Positions 1-13,199 are shown, counted from the first letter of the stretch. The stretch: 64,000 bases of DNA from Camelus dromedarius (GCF_036321535.1 NC_087437.1:83082001-83146000); one strand, 5' to 3'. Program-made: numbers and translations. Notes: generated by a model from the sequence alone, not told the origin.

Positions 1-2142
1 GCCACAGAAAATTCTTTAAAAATTAAAAATAGTCTTTAGTCACACAAAACTTTTGATGCATAAAATTTTATTTGATCTAAGAACATCACAAGAATATATC
101 TTCTGCAAATATGGATTATAAAGTGTTTTGGTAAGAAGAACCTTTTATATTTCGTTTTGAACCTAATAGTAAGAAGGAAATGAAATCTTCCTAATCAGAA
201 TTGTTAGGGGCTAGCAGATAAAAATGCTAAACTTCTGATCAGTGGTGGCAAACATGAAGTACTTACAGATGAAGCCCAACTCTTGTTAATACAGGAGTGA
301 TAGTAAACTGGCTAATTAGTAAATCTTCTTTATTAGAAAATAAGAAAAATCACTGAATACTGTCAGATTGATGACATAATTTACTTGGTCTGCAGAGCAT
401 TGCAAAATAATATGAACATTGCATCATAAATCCTTTAAATGGGCCCCTTGCCTAAATTAATTACAATTTAACCTAACCAGATGTGGCCAACTCAAAAAAA
501 GTTCCACTGTAATTTTAAAGTGCCTTTGGATCTTAGCTATTTGGTACTCATACACATAAACTAAGAATTTTTTAGTTTAATAATGTCTGCCAACCAATAC
601 TTCCCTCCACATTTAGATTTAAAAAATGGACGTTTCATGTGAGTTTATATTTCATGATGATTTGATTTGTAAGAATTTTCACTTCATTAACAGTTTGACA
701 CATTGGACACTTAAGACACATTGGACACTTAAAATAGGTTGTACGTTTGTTGTAATGCTGTAGGTTAATCTTAGGGATGCAATTCCCACTTATCAAGCCC
801 ATTTAGGAAATGTAGCTCTATTGAGGAAATGACAAGGATAACAAAAGACAAGAGTAACTCATCCCAGTGGGATTTTTACACTGGCAATTTAAAATCTTGT
901 CTCTGGAACCATTTTTCCCTATACACTTTTACGTAAAGTCTAGTCATAATTGCTTACCTGTAGAATTGATAAAAACAAAAAATGTTGACTCAAAGAAAAG
1001 AACTTAAAATAGTAACAGGCATTTGCAAGAGACAATCCAATGCACACCAACCTCTGTGGAAGGCAAAATCCAGCAACCATTTACGAATATTCTGGTGGTT
1101 AGAATGATCCTCCTCCCTTTTCTCCGGATGGCACTTCTCTCTCTTAGGAGACTGGAGGCATCATCTTGCTAGCAGGCTGCACCAGTGCTCCTTTAGAACT
1201 AAGTTTGCAATTCTTTTAACATTGCTTGACTTTTGTGAATGAGCCCTGCAGGAAAACTGAGGCTCATCGTTCCCTGTGGTGTGCACATTTGACAAGTCAT
1301 TTCTCACTTCTGAGATCACTCGGGGGAATAGAGAATGATTTGAGGAGTCAAGATGAATCAGAGGAAGATTTCTTTTACTCAGCTTCCCATCATACTGTGC
1401 ATTTCTGCATCTATTTAAAAATTAACTTGTAACCCCTAGTAATAGTCCTCTCTTAGTCACGCACATAGCTTCCTTTAAGACTGTTGTTCTTACCTAGTGT
1501 TAATCTCACTCAGAGGTGATTTTGACTTGTTAGAGTGATGATATGTGGGACTCCAAGGAATATCAGGTTAGTTTTAATCTTTCGATAAGGCCCAAATGGA
1601 GTAAATGTGTGTTTGTGACTGTGTGCGCCTTGAATATATCTATTTTAAAATTAATTATGTTATCTGACAACTTTTCACCTAGACTTTAATGGAGAACTTT
1701 TCTGTGGTAAATTCAAGAAAAATTTATTGAAAAATTCTTGGGAGATTACTATCTTTTTATATTTATCCTTAAAGTCCTGGCAGTAGCTTTGAACTGCTGA
1801 AACAAACAACAAGCAATGTTAGTCTGCAATGATCTCCTTCTTCCTTTGCTCTTACTATGTTTTATTTTTCTAATTTTGGATGTAACTGGCAAGGCATGAC
1901 TGTGTTAGGGTGTCAGATTAATTTTCTAAAATTTGTGGCAATATGTGTTGATTCATTCTCTAATGACATTAAATTTCCACAAAGTAACTCTCAGGGTAGT
2001 TTATTGGAGATAATAAAAATCTTTAAAAGTTATAAATATAGATTTATATTTCTACTTATGCTGGTATCTACATATGTGTATAAATAGAATTTGTTCATAT
2101 TTAAAATGCAGAAATATTATGGTTTAAAATAAGCAAAATGAG

Positions 2143-2225
2143 CATGACTAGGACATTGTGCTATATACCAGAAACTGACGCATTGTAACTGACTGTACTT
2201 CAATTAAAAAATTAAAAAATAAATA
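2143..2225 (+). mobile_element. Extremely 5'-truncated L1 3' end with A-rich tail
   Basis: ccagaaactgacgcattgtaactgactgtacttcaatt plus an A-tail, matching the other L1 3' ends in the window (57430, 61115). Degenerate TSD aaaataagcaaaatgag / aaaataaacaagatgag. Confidence 0.7.
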
Positions 2226-3403
2226 AAATAAACAAGATGAGACCTAATCAAATAATTTATTAAAGAACTTTTAATGCTATTATATTGTAAATTAAATTTC
2301 ATACCAGAGGAACCCATGCATGACATAGTAACATTAACAACTTACTCACATTTAAAATTTTTTCTATCAGAGTTATGCTGTTTTCTATCAGAGTTATGCT
2401 ATCTGTAAAATTTTGCCTGTTTTTCCTTCCATTATTGATATATTATGAATATAAAATATGCTAAGATATTCTTAAGGCACACAATTAGCGTATATATTTA
2501 AAGTATTAAAAAGTACAGCAATATATTCTTTCTTTGATGTTATTTTAAACATGCCCAGCAGAAACTAGAGGGATGAAAAAGAAGTAAGAGGGATTCTTAG
2601 TATTTGTTAAATAAGAGCAATTAAGCGTCATTTGATAGTCATTGGAAATTTTTATATAACGTTCAATAATTAACGATAGAAACCAAATTGTTTTATATAA
2701 CTTTTTACTCAATATTTAAAAAAAAACTTGTACTTAAATTTGTCAGTCTTACAATGTCCTTGAGAATTCTATAGCCATAGATATTACCAATGACATCTAG
2801 GTATGAAAGATTAACATAGCTTGTTTAATGTCCTAGCATTAAGGGTGAAGCTAAACCAAATAACCGAGATTTTCTCATTTCCTAACAGATATCTTAGTTA
2901 ATTGACCAGGCTATTTTTTAAAGGTAGTATTTCTCAAAGGCAATGACTTCGTGATTAGTTATAGTGCTTTTATTGGTTTGTTTTTAAAAAGTGAATGTCT
3001 TCTTTCTGTATTTTGATTTTATTTACCCTTTGAAGATCTATTTAATTGTTTTGAATTCACTTTTGGAATTTTTCCAAGAAATTTTATTTTCAATGACTTC
3101 TACAGTCTTTTTTTCCTATATCTATGATAATATATTAAAAGGCTGTTAGAATATCAGTATTAAGTGAATATGTTAATAGAAATTAATACAGTATAGAAGA
3201 ATACTTATATGAGGAAATCATATTTTTATTTAACAAAAATTTAAGACAAATGAACAAACTAACCAATTTATAAAACCAAAAACTTCTAAATAGACTGTAA
3301 CATAAGATACCCAATATTTGAAATTTCTCCTAATATGAAAGATATATAGGATGAATTTGAATTACCTAGTGTCTGAAAAGATTCTCAGCTTTCTATGATT
3401 TTT

Positions 3404-3843
3404 TTTTTTTTTAGTTTAAGTATAGTCAGTTACAATGTGTCAATTTCTGGGGCACAGCACAATGTCCCAGTCATGCATATATACATATATTCATTTTCCT
3501 ATTCTTTTTCATTAAAGATTATTATAAAATATTAAATAATTCCCTGTACTATAGAGGATAAATTTACTTTTTATCTATTTTTATATATGGTGGTTAACCT
3601 TTGCAAATATCAAACTGACAAATTTATCCCTTCCCACCTGCTTTCCAATGGAAGAGGAGAAAATACTTGCAAATGATGCAACTGACAAAGATTTCCAGAA
3701 TATATAGACAGCTTATACAACTTAATAACAAAAAAACCTAAACAGCCCAATCCAAAAATGGACAGAAGACCTAAACAAGTAATTCTCCAATGAAGACATA
3801 CAAATGGCCAATAGGCACATGAAAAAATGCTCAATATTGCTAA
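3404..3843 (-). mobile_element. L1, 5'-truncated and 5'-inverted, with TSD
   Basis: Poly-T and L1 3' end on the minus strand (about 3404-3645) joined to plus-strand ORF2 C-terminal sequence (about 3650-3843). TSD tttctatgattttt (3390-3403) / tttccctgattttt (3844-3857). Confidence 0.8.
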
Positions 3844-4124
3844 TTTCCCTGATTTTTAAACTCAATATTTAGAAGTAAAGCAGTAATTCATCTGAGTCAA
3901 CAGTGAGGGTAACAACATAACCCACTTTATCTTGAATCAGAAGAGGTTTACTATAGTAGGTTTGCTGCTGCAAAGCCCTTTGTGGTTGCTGCTAATTACA
4001 TTTTTCACTTCAAATTCTTTAAAAGGGATATAAGTACAAAATGACTCAATAAATATTTATCAGGTGAGGGAATTCCGGAAGGTCTCTGGGCTTGGAAAAA
4101 TGTATATAAGATACCAGTAACATC

Positions 4125-4130
4125 TTTATT
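4125..4130 (-). terminator. Candidate GPR15 polyadenylation signal (AATAAA)
   Basis: tttatt on the plus strand about 1.1 kb past the stop codon. An alternative lies at 4330-4335, and the sequence alone cannot tell which is used. Confidence 0.4.
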
Positions 4131-5211
4131 ATGGATTTTTCACTTCAGCTGAATACAAAGATTCCTGTCTTCCTATGTTATTGGATCACATCTTGAAATT
4201 ACATACACCAAGCAAATGATGCTATAGAGAATGTGTAGCACTAATGTTTTAATTAAAATACAAAATGATCATCTGCACGAGGGTGTAGTTAAGCATTTGA
4301 TGACTTCTAATTATAGTGGTAGTAATGTTTTTATTTGATAACTAGATAACTGGGTGATTAAAAACATGTAATTAAAGAAAAGTCATATCCTAATTTATAA
4401 AGGCAATGAAAACAAAGACCACAGCCAAACCCCATTGAAAAGTAGTTACTACACAATTATAATGAGATACATTTTTACCATACAAGTATATCTTATAAAT
4501 CAAATCTTGTCTTATGCTTTCTCATTAAAATACTGAAGACTGAGTGGTAAAGTAAGTCCCGTATCATACACATAGTACAAAATGATTTAACCCCCATGAG
4601 TTTTTTGCCAGCCCAACATCATTGTGAGTGGTATAGGGTGAAGACAGTGTTGGAAGATGTTATAGAATCAGCATACAAAGTTCTAAAGATTAAGGCCAGA
4701 ACTCCACTTCATTACTCAGGAGCAATGAATTGCTGAGCATAGGCATATTATATTTTTTACTACCTGTGTGATCACCACATTGCTCACCAGATGTAAGTGG
4801 GCAGAATCCTTTAAATGTTGTCCACTTTGAAGCCGAATGTGAAGGATGGTGTAGCTCAAGGTACTGTGGTTCCTGAGATAGGAAAAGGCCGCAGTGTAGG
4901 TTGACAACCATGAAGAAAGAACTGGTCCAAGCCAGAGCCTTTACCTCCGAGTTCAAGGACATACAAGAGTTGTATTTTGCCTGGTGAACTTGACTGAAAG
5001 GGGTCAAATAAGGCCACTCAGCTGAAAAAAAACCAGTGCATGGCCTATATATATCCACAGACATAGGGACTTTCTAGTCTTCCCTGTAAAGATTAACTCT
5101 TTCTTGTTTTTATGAAGCAATATGAATACTATGAGCAATACTCCTTTCTTTGTCGCTGACACAAATGCACTTTCCAATCCACCAAAGGAACTTGAAATGT
5201 AACTGTCCCTT

Positions 5212-6300
5212 TTAGAGGGACACAGACCTCTTCCTCCTTCTGGCAAAATCTTCTGCCTGAATGAAGTTGGAGAGAGCCTTGGTGAGGTCTGATGTCTCGG
5301 TGCTGCTCCCAAAGTCGTAGTTCTTCAGGCAAGGACACAAGCAGTGCACAATGGCCCGGCGGATGTAGCTGTCAAATATATAGTAAATGACAGGATTGAC
5401 ACAGCTGTTGGCAAATGCCAAGGGCCCAGTCACCTCCATGCCCTGCTGGAGAAAAGCTGAGGAAAAGGAGAGTTCTTGCTGCAACCCGGAGACAATGGCC
5501 AGGAGCTTGAAAGTATTAAAGGGTAGCCAGGAGCAGACAAAGGCTGCCACCACAATAAAGATGATCTTGATGGACTTCCTCAGCTTCTTGTTATGCTTTC
5601 CCGACTGCTGGTAATGAACACACAGCTTCTTTGTGATGCAACAGTAGCAGGTCACAATGCTCACCAGAGGGGCAAAGAATGTAAAAATCAAGGCCACCAG
5701 GGCCCAAGCCAGTTTAATTGAAGTGGCCCTCTTCTCTGCACAGTATGGCTTACCATCAATCAGGGTAAGCTCCCTGGACAGAAGAGTAGGTAACCCCAGG
5801 AGGCAGGAGATAAACCAGACGCTGGCACAGACTCCATATGCACAGTCTCTCCTTCTGAACTTCCTGGATGTGGCTGGACACACGATGGCCAGGTAGCGGT
5901 CCACACTCATGCAGGTGAGCAAGAAAACATTGCAGTGCATGTTGACTGAGATCATGTAGGAGCTGCCTTTGCACAGGAAAGAGCCTGTCCTCCACAGTCC
6001 TAAAGATGCTTCTTTATCCACCCAGAGAGGCAAAGTGACGAGGAAGATGAAGTCAGAGGCAGCCAGGTTGATGATAAAGATGTCGATGAGCCTTCGGCTG
6101 CCCCGTTTGAAATGCAGCGCGCTCATGAGGATGAGGTTCCCCAACGCTCCAATCAGGAACACAGCTGCGTAAAAGATAGGAAGGAAGACTGATGTATAAG
6201 TAACATGAGAATAGGTCTCCTTGATATCTGGATCTGGGCTTGTGGCATAGAAATAATCTGGATAAGCCAAGGTGGCTTCTGGGGCCATCACTGGGTCCAT
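5212..6300 (-). CDS. GPR15: G protein-coupled receptor 15 (lymphocyte homing receptor), intronless CDS, 362 aa
   Basis: Uninterrupted ORF with seven hydrophobic segments and class A motifs GN, NLAASD, DRY, SWLP and NPVIY. Tyr-rich N-terminus (YPDYFY) and C-terminal RRRKRSVSL match GPR15 as I recall it. Lies head-to-head with CLDND1, as in human. Confidence 0.97.
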   Translation of the reverse strand: MDPVMAPEATLAYPDYFYATSPDPDIKETYSHVTYTSVFLPIFYAAVFLIGALGNLILMSALHFKRGSRRLIDIFIINLAASDFIFLVTLPLWVDKEASLGLWRTGSFLCKGSSYMISVNMHCNVFLLTCMSVDRYLAIVCPATSRKFRRRDCAYGVCASVWFISCLLGLPTLLSRELTLIDGKPYCAEKRATSIKLAWALVALIFTFFAPLVSIVTCYCCITKKLCVHYQQSGKHNKKLRKSIKIIFIVVAAFVCSWLPFNTFKLLAIVSGLQQELSFSSAFLQQGMEVTGPLAFANSCVNPVIYYIFDSYIRRAIVHCLCPCLKNYDFGSSTETSDLTKALSNFIQAEDFARRRKRSVSL

Positions 6301-6372
6301 CAGGTGGCAAACCTGGTAAGTTTCCTTACCTAGGAAGGTTTTGTATAAATTTTAGAAATCTCAAGACAGCTT

Positions 6373-6380
6373 CTTTTATA
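6373..6380 (-). promoter_or_regulatory. TATA box of GPR15 (TATAAAAG)
   Basis: The plus strand reads cttttata about 75 bp upstream of the ATG. A RUNX-like TGTGGTT (6511-6517) and an ETS-like AGGAAGTG (6612-6619) lie further upstream. Confidence 0.6.
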
Positions 6381-9300
6381 CGGTGCCTGCACCACCCCCT
6401 TCCTTAAAAGACCTTGGGACCATCATAAAAACAGAGATTAAAAAATGCAGTTTCTACCAATCCTCAGAAAGGGCCCACAAGGAACACCACCCTGATTGTT
6501 TTTGGGTGATTGTGGTTATGGTTTTCTTCATTTGCATTTGCCCAGGAAACTGAGGTGCTTTTTGACTTCTTTTTTTAAGATGTACAGTTTGTTTCTTTAA
6601 ATCCAGAAATTAGGAAGTGAATTAATTTTTCTTTTCCTTACCTACTTTAAAGACATTGTTTTTCTGACATTAAGAGTCCTTCTGATCTAGCCTCCTGTTT
6701 CACCTGCAGGATATGGTTTACTTTTAGGATTTTCAGGTGGTGATATGGACGATACCCTTTATTTACATCATGGTGAAATGTGAAGAAAATAGTCTTTCAT
6801 CACATAAAGAATTGAATTTTTCCCCAATCATACCAGTCCGCATCTACGGCAAACATAATGATTCCAGTTAGGGTATTAGGTACTCCCCATTTATTTGACT
6901 CTTTCAGTTCATGCATAATTGATCTTGTCTCATTCAATAAGTTGTTAAAAATTCCCGAAAGGCTGGAGCCATGTCTTGTGCCTTTATTATTATTTGAAAA
7001 ATTTCCAGTACAATTAACACAGCATCTTGCACGTAATAGGTGCTTTGGAAACAATTTTTTGAGCTGATTAGGAAAACTCTCATTTTTGTGATCCAGTATA
7101 ACTTAGCAAGGATGAATTCATTGGGGGTTAACTGCAGGCATTGTTGTTATTTATGGAGCTTACAGACACAGGTTTAAAAATCACAAACTGCTATTTTTTT
7201 GTGCTTATCTGTTATTATAATTCAACCAATGAAATTTAGTTTAGTTTAGTTTTGTTTTGTTAGCATTAACATCCTTGAGTAGGAGATTTTCTCCCTACTA
7301 ATCCTCGAATAACTATCCTTTATCAGACTCTGGAATTCCTCTGACTTTCTCTTCTTTACACCTCACGTTGACAGAAGTGATTTTGTTAGCTTTCGAGCTA
7401 TGACTTTTCCATAAGGGCCTCCACACATCCGTGAACTTCACTCTTGGAACTATTGACTTGGCAACAGACAGACTTTTATTAAGTGACATTACAATGGAGT
7501 TGCCAGTATAGGCACTAGAAAGGGAAGACTTTGGGTTCATCCAAAACACTTAAGAAACTGGCTAACATTGAAAGGATCCTATCATATTTTCCCCCTCGTC
7601 TGTTCCCATTTATTTAGGAAGACCATAGTAAAAGATGACAAATTCTGCAACTGACTCCTTTTATCCTTTTATTTCAATTCCTCCTGGCCAAGGTGGCTCA
7701 AGGCTCATGTACACTTTCCTGTCTTTCTCTTTCCTGCCATCCCATTTCATCACCAAAATTAGTTTCAGGCTGATACTACTATTGTATAGATGAAAGTATA
7801 ATTGTTAAACATTTGAAGTCCTTTCTACTGAATTTTTATTTCTTCCGTAATTCATGTGTTAAAAAGAACGATACTGCCTGCTGTACTCCCTCCTTCTCCC
7901 TTCTTCCTGAGGTGCTCTGTCGTCACCTCAGTCTCAGGCATGTGAGTCTAGGTCAGGGAAGGATGAGGCTCTCCTGATCTGGGGCAGCCTCTGGAAGTTG
8001 CTTGGGAATTGACTTACGGGCCTGGGCCTGCCTTCTTTTGGGTCCTTAGCTGCTCTGTGTTGTTTCTGGAAGGAGTAGGGGAGGGCACATCCTTCACTAA
8101 ATATAGGCTGCAGAGGAGATCAACTAATTAACTTTTTGACATTTCTGAAATAGAAATCATTCCCACTAGGGTAAGCCTTAAATATTTAATAGAATAATTC
8201 ATTTTGTCAAATAGTTTGAAACAGGACAACATTTACTTGAAAAGGATTGCTAGAGTAAACATAGAATATTTAAATATTTAAATGCTGTATCTATATATGT
8301 GTGTATATTAAAGAAACAATTATATATATTTAAACTTTACTTTATTTGTAATTGTATTTTACTCATATTATTAGAATTTTGCATTCTGCAACTAGAAGTT
8401 CTCCTGTTTTTTTTGAAAGATAAGGTTGATTCTGGGCCTAAGATACTAAAAAAATTTTTAGATATGTCTCAAGAATTCCACATAAAAAGTACTATAAAAT
8501 GGAAAAGAGTTCATGCTCATACTCTGGAGGAAAACATCTGGCTGTACATTTATTCTGAAGACCTTAAATTTTCTTTCAGCATTCCAAAGTTGTTGGCCTG
8601 CTAATGTAAACTGTCTCAAATGAATCTGACTTTCTCAGTAAACTCTGAAGCAGCTGTGGACAAAATTATTTGCTTTATCACATATAGTCACTTTAGACTA
8701 TGGTAATTAGTGATCAAATGCTACAATATGAGAATACCCATCAATATCTTGGGACCTAATTTGGAAAATAAATTGTGCTAAAATAAAGGAACAAATAGCA
8801 TAGCTCTGGTCTTTTAATAACTCAGAGTGCAAAGCTATTATAAGACAGAACCCACAATAAAAGCTGACTAGATAAAGTAGGGGAGGTAATAGTTCTAAAT
8901 AAGCTTGGAGCAGCAATCATTTTTAACTTTGAATGCTCCTTGAAATAAACATGAGGAAGCTAACAGTAAAATGACCAACCACATACAGACTGAAACTCAA
9001 AAACAACACTGGATACAATAAGCATACGAAAAGGCAGTATGAACAGGGTGATGACCAAAAAAATAAAAAGAGTAAGCTGTAAATATCAGTAACTTAATTA
9101 CAGCACATGTCACCTCTTCTGAATTGTCTTTCCAGAAAAAAACAAACAAAAAACCCAACAAAAAACCACTTAAATTTCTTCCTTCATCCCTGGCAGAGAC
9201 AATTGCTTTCACTTTGTGTTCTCCAAGAACTTTTACAATACTGCTTATAAAGTACTTATTACCTCATTTCACCTGCTTAGTTGTTCTGGTGTCTGATCTC

Positions 9301-9429
9301 CTGACTGATCATGAGCAACTTGAAGGCAGAGACCATCTGTTATCTTTCCATGGGCCTCCAGCTTATTGTAGTTACCCAGCCGAAGTCTTTTTGCGTCTCA
9401 TAAAGCCATTGTTTTGAACCTGGATGCCA

Positions 9430-9600
9430 AATCACTTTACCCACCTTAGAGTCACCTGCGGTGCCCATCAAACTGGAGCTTTCTGAACCTGGTCCCAGAT
9501 CTACTGAATCAGAGTCCTTAGGAGTGGAGCCTAGTACTTTACATTTAACAAGTATTCAAAGTGATTTGTACACACACTAAAGTTTAGAATCACTGTTCTA
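9430..9600. mobile_element. MER5A-like hAT DNA transposon relic
   Basis: cccagatctactgaatcagagtc...tttaacaagt...gtgatt...aaagtttagaatcactg. Confidence 0.65.
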
Positions 9601-12309
9601 ATATATAATCCTAACTAACCTTATACATTATGCTTTGTTATTATTTTGGCTAATTTTTTTAAGTTTAAAAATCACCTCTAAATTTGAACTTCTTAGAAGT
9701 CTTCTGGACTAGCTTGCACAAAACTTTAGGAATTAATTTAGACATCTGAACCCTCCCTATTTTGCTTCCCAATTCCTGAGATATGTTCAGAATCGGCTCA
9801 GATGTTGACCATGGGGAGAGAGTAAGATTTTGTCCACCAATGCTTCTGTTCAGGTGAATCTAGCTGTCTAGTCACATAGCCATCGCTGCGACTTGCAGCC
9901 TCTGCTTCACGGGTAGACTGAAGGTTTTGTGTGAATATAGCCACCTCAACTGGCATTGCGATATATTACTTCTGTTTCTTCCCCATCAACCACTCTGGCC
10001 CTGTATTAGATAGGATTCATCAGATTAAGTAGCATATAGCACAACAGAAAGAAATCTCTGTTCACATATGCTCCACTGATATGCCCCAGAATTAATGGCA
10101 AAGATCGTGAAGCAAACTATTTGGTTTTCATAAATCTTATCAATCAGACAGAGTGATTATATGTTTGTTAGAAACACTCTCTTGTCCATTTCTTACTTGA
10201 GTATCATAAAATATATAACCATTTAAATAGTCCAGTTTAAGAAATCTGTTTACACTCTAAAGTTGATGGGTTTTTTTGTTCTGAGAGTTACTTGAAGAGT
10301 CTAGTGCAATATAATGTAATATATATTGCCAAATTATGTGGCATCTATTTGCCATTATCAGGGTCCTCCCCCACTTCATTATACTTACCTTGGTACCCCA
10401 TACATACACAGCGGTGATGTTACTATTCTAGGCACATATACTTCAGGCTTTTTCATAATTGTTGATTTAATCAGGATTTAAGTTTGTATAGCAAAAATTG
10501 TGTTTCTTTATATTGGTGTCCCTGGTATCCTGCATAGTGTTTGGCATACAATAGGTGGTCAATAAATGTTTGTAGATTTGGAGTGAATTATGCTTGAATT
10601 TTGAGTCATTTCTAGTGAATAGGGAGTTTCCCAAACTTCTTGGACAGCTTCCACTTTCTATGATTACTGTTTACTGTTAAAATAGCAAAGGTCTGTGTTG
10701 CTGTATCTTTTCTAATCAGAATGCATACAGCCTTCCTCCTTTTCCTTTGTCCATCTGCATTTCCCACTCCACTATCTCTGCCTTCTTAAATATTGCCTAG
10801 GCTGGAGGTGTAGGCCACTTAACTCCCCAGTGAAATTTTAATGCTGTGCATCTATGAAAACCACATTTTGGAGCTACATTGTTCTTATCTCAGCAGAATT
10901 ATAAATCATGAAATTTTAGAGCTTCAAGTGACATAATTGATAACCAATACAACCATTTTACTAATGAGGACACCCAGAAAGAGGTCATTTACCAAAGATT
11001 CACACTGATGATTTTAACATAAGTACAATTTAAATTTAAACTTCTCATCTACATATGGTCATTCTGTCCTACAGAAGCATGGTCTACTATAGTTTGCTGC
11101 TCTGTGTCGCATGAACTCTGTGCCGAATTACTAAAATGAAAGAGCCATTTTAGATGCACTTTTCTATTTGCCTTGTCCTTGATTAATTTTGCTGTTACTC
11201 TATAGTGAATTGGTACAAAGAAATTGGTGCCTTTTTTTGGAAGATAGTTGTTAATTGGAACCCAGAACTTGCATATATTTCTATTTTCTTCCATTCTGAT
11301 TCCAAAATTCATAAGGAAAATAACCAGGATAAAATTATATGAGAAAAATACAACGTAGATGCATCTTGCTTAACATAATTTTTAATTCTGAAGAAAAGTA
11401 CAATTAAAAATAATATTTAAACATATTAGGGAATTTGGTATTGAAGGGAATTCTTGCATAGTTGTTTTGTAAGCACATAATATAAAAAATTATAATATCT
11501 GCATGTCTAGATTTTTGGTTGTTGGGTTTATTTAAAGTGTAGTGTAATTATAACATCTTCTTGCAGAAACTAGGACCATCTTTAAACAAATTAAGCCAGA
11601 GGTCTAGTTCAACTTTGCTTTTAAATCTAAATTTCATAATCTGAACCTGTTGTGCTAAATCATCTTTAACATTTGTGAAAAATGTCAGGCCGGCTACTAT
11701 TTCCCAAACAGCATAGTAAGAAATGGAAACAGAAATTGAAATCCATTAATTTATTAAGGATTTATTTTGCCTATCCACACAATGAAGAAACATTAATAGA
11801 AGATAGAAACACCCAAAATGTAGAGATAAATCAGATATGGTTGTGTGCTTGGTGGTACTGGGTGTGACGAGGTGGTTCAAATTCTCTGTGCTGAGTGGGC
11901 AGGATGGTTACAACCTCAAATACACAGACACTTCCAGGTCCATACTAAACTGCTGATTGAAGTGTGTCTTGTTTTTTTGTAGGCATTCTGCAGACTTGAT
12001 GGATGAAAGCATCATCCTCCTTTGCCGGTCTCCTCAGAAATATCCACCTTCTGAATCCTGAAGACTTATGTATGAGCCCAACCCGGAAATCTCTTGAGCA
12101 GAGCTCAGCAAAGATGCCTGAAATCTGGTCCTGGCATGTCTTTCCAAGTCATTTGGCAGTTAGTCCAGAGGTTCAAAAACGTCCTGAAGTGATCAGGGAC
12201 CCCTTTATAAATGGTTTATTTCCAGCCTACAGGGGAATTGAGAACTTTAAAAAAGCATTTATACCAACCCTATTCAAAGTTTATAGGTGTTGAACAAATG
12301 TTTGCAAAT

Positions 12310-12520
12310 AATAATAATTTAATGATTGTCTACTATGCCCCAGACCCTGTGCTGGGTATTTTATATGTATTTTCTCATTTAATCCTCACAATAATCACAT
12401 GGGATAGGTGCTACCGTCAACATCGTATTTTGGAGAAAAGAAAACTGAGACTTAAAAAGGTTAAGTAAATTGTCTAATGTCACAAAGCTAGTCAGCCCAC
12501 TCAAATATTCAAGCTTGAAG
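12310..12520 (-). mobile_element. MIR SINE
   Basis: tctcatttaatcctcacaata...aaactgagacttaaaaaggttaagtaaattgtctaatgtcacaaagctag (MIR core, reverse orientation). Confidence 0.8.
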
Positions 12521-13199
12521 TCAGTTTTTGCCTAGGCTCAGTTCCCTTCTCTGTGACTGAGGTGGTGTCTTTCTCTTCCTTTTCCAAACTTCTCTTTAAC
12601 CTGGGTTTATTTACCATGAGACTTCACTGGAGAAAGAGTTCCATTTCACTGGAGATAGAGGTAGGGGATGTCTAATGAAGATCAATGGATGAAAACTTCC
12701 TGGTGAATAAATGCATTGAGAAGCCCTGACAGCTCTGAGGCTGTCCATGACCTTATCTGCTTAGGCAATGTTCTCCAAAATTCTCTTTTTCATACCACAT
12801 AAACAACTTTTTATTCACGTTTTTTGACATATCAGGGACCCTCAGTATTAACTTAATATTCTTCTTTAACTAACTGTAATTTATTTTAAAAGTAAGCTTT
12901 ACTATAATAAATAGATGACAAATATCACTTGCCATAAAGAGAAGGCAGCCACAAACATAAATTATATAAAACCCAAAGAACGTCACTACATTCTAGTTGG
13001 ATACCGTCTGTCAGGCTACATCCTTCTTAGTCTAAACTTAAGCAATACAATCAGAAAGACTATCTGCTGCAATGGGAGTGAGGCTGTGGGAGAGAAAATA
13101 ATGGGTTAATATTTTAAAAGTCTAATCTCTTTGCTCTTCGCAAGTAGGGTGGTGGTAGGAGAAGCACAGGACTGGAAAACCTGAGTTATAACAGGCACA

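Noticed and set aside
4690..5064. 124-aa ORF in the GPR15 3'UTR and alternative-frame ORFs within GPR15
   Set aside because: No recognisable homology or coding signature, and best explained as chance or shadow ORFs.
9935..9960. CTCF-like sequence between GPR15 and CLDND1
   Set aside because: Spacing does not fit the core consensus and cannot be supported without a PWM scan or ChIP data.
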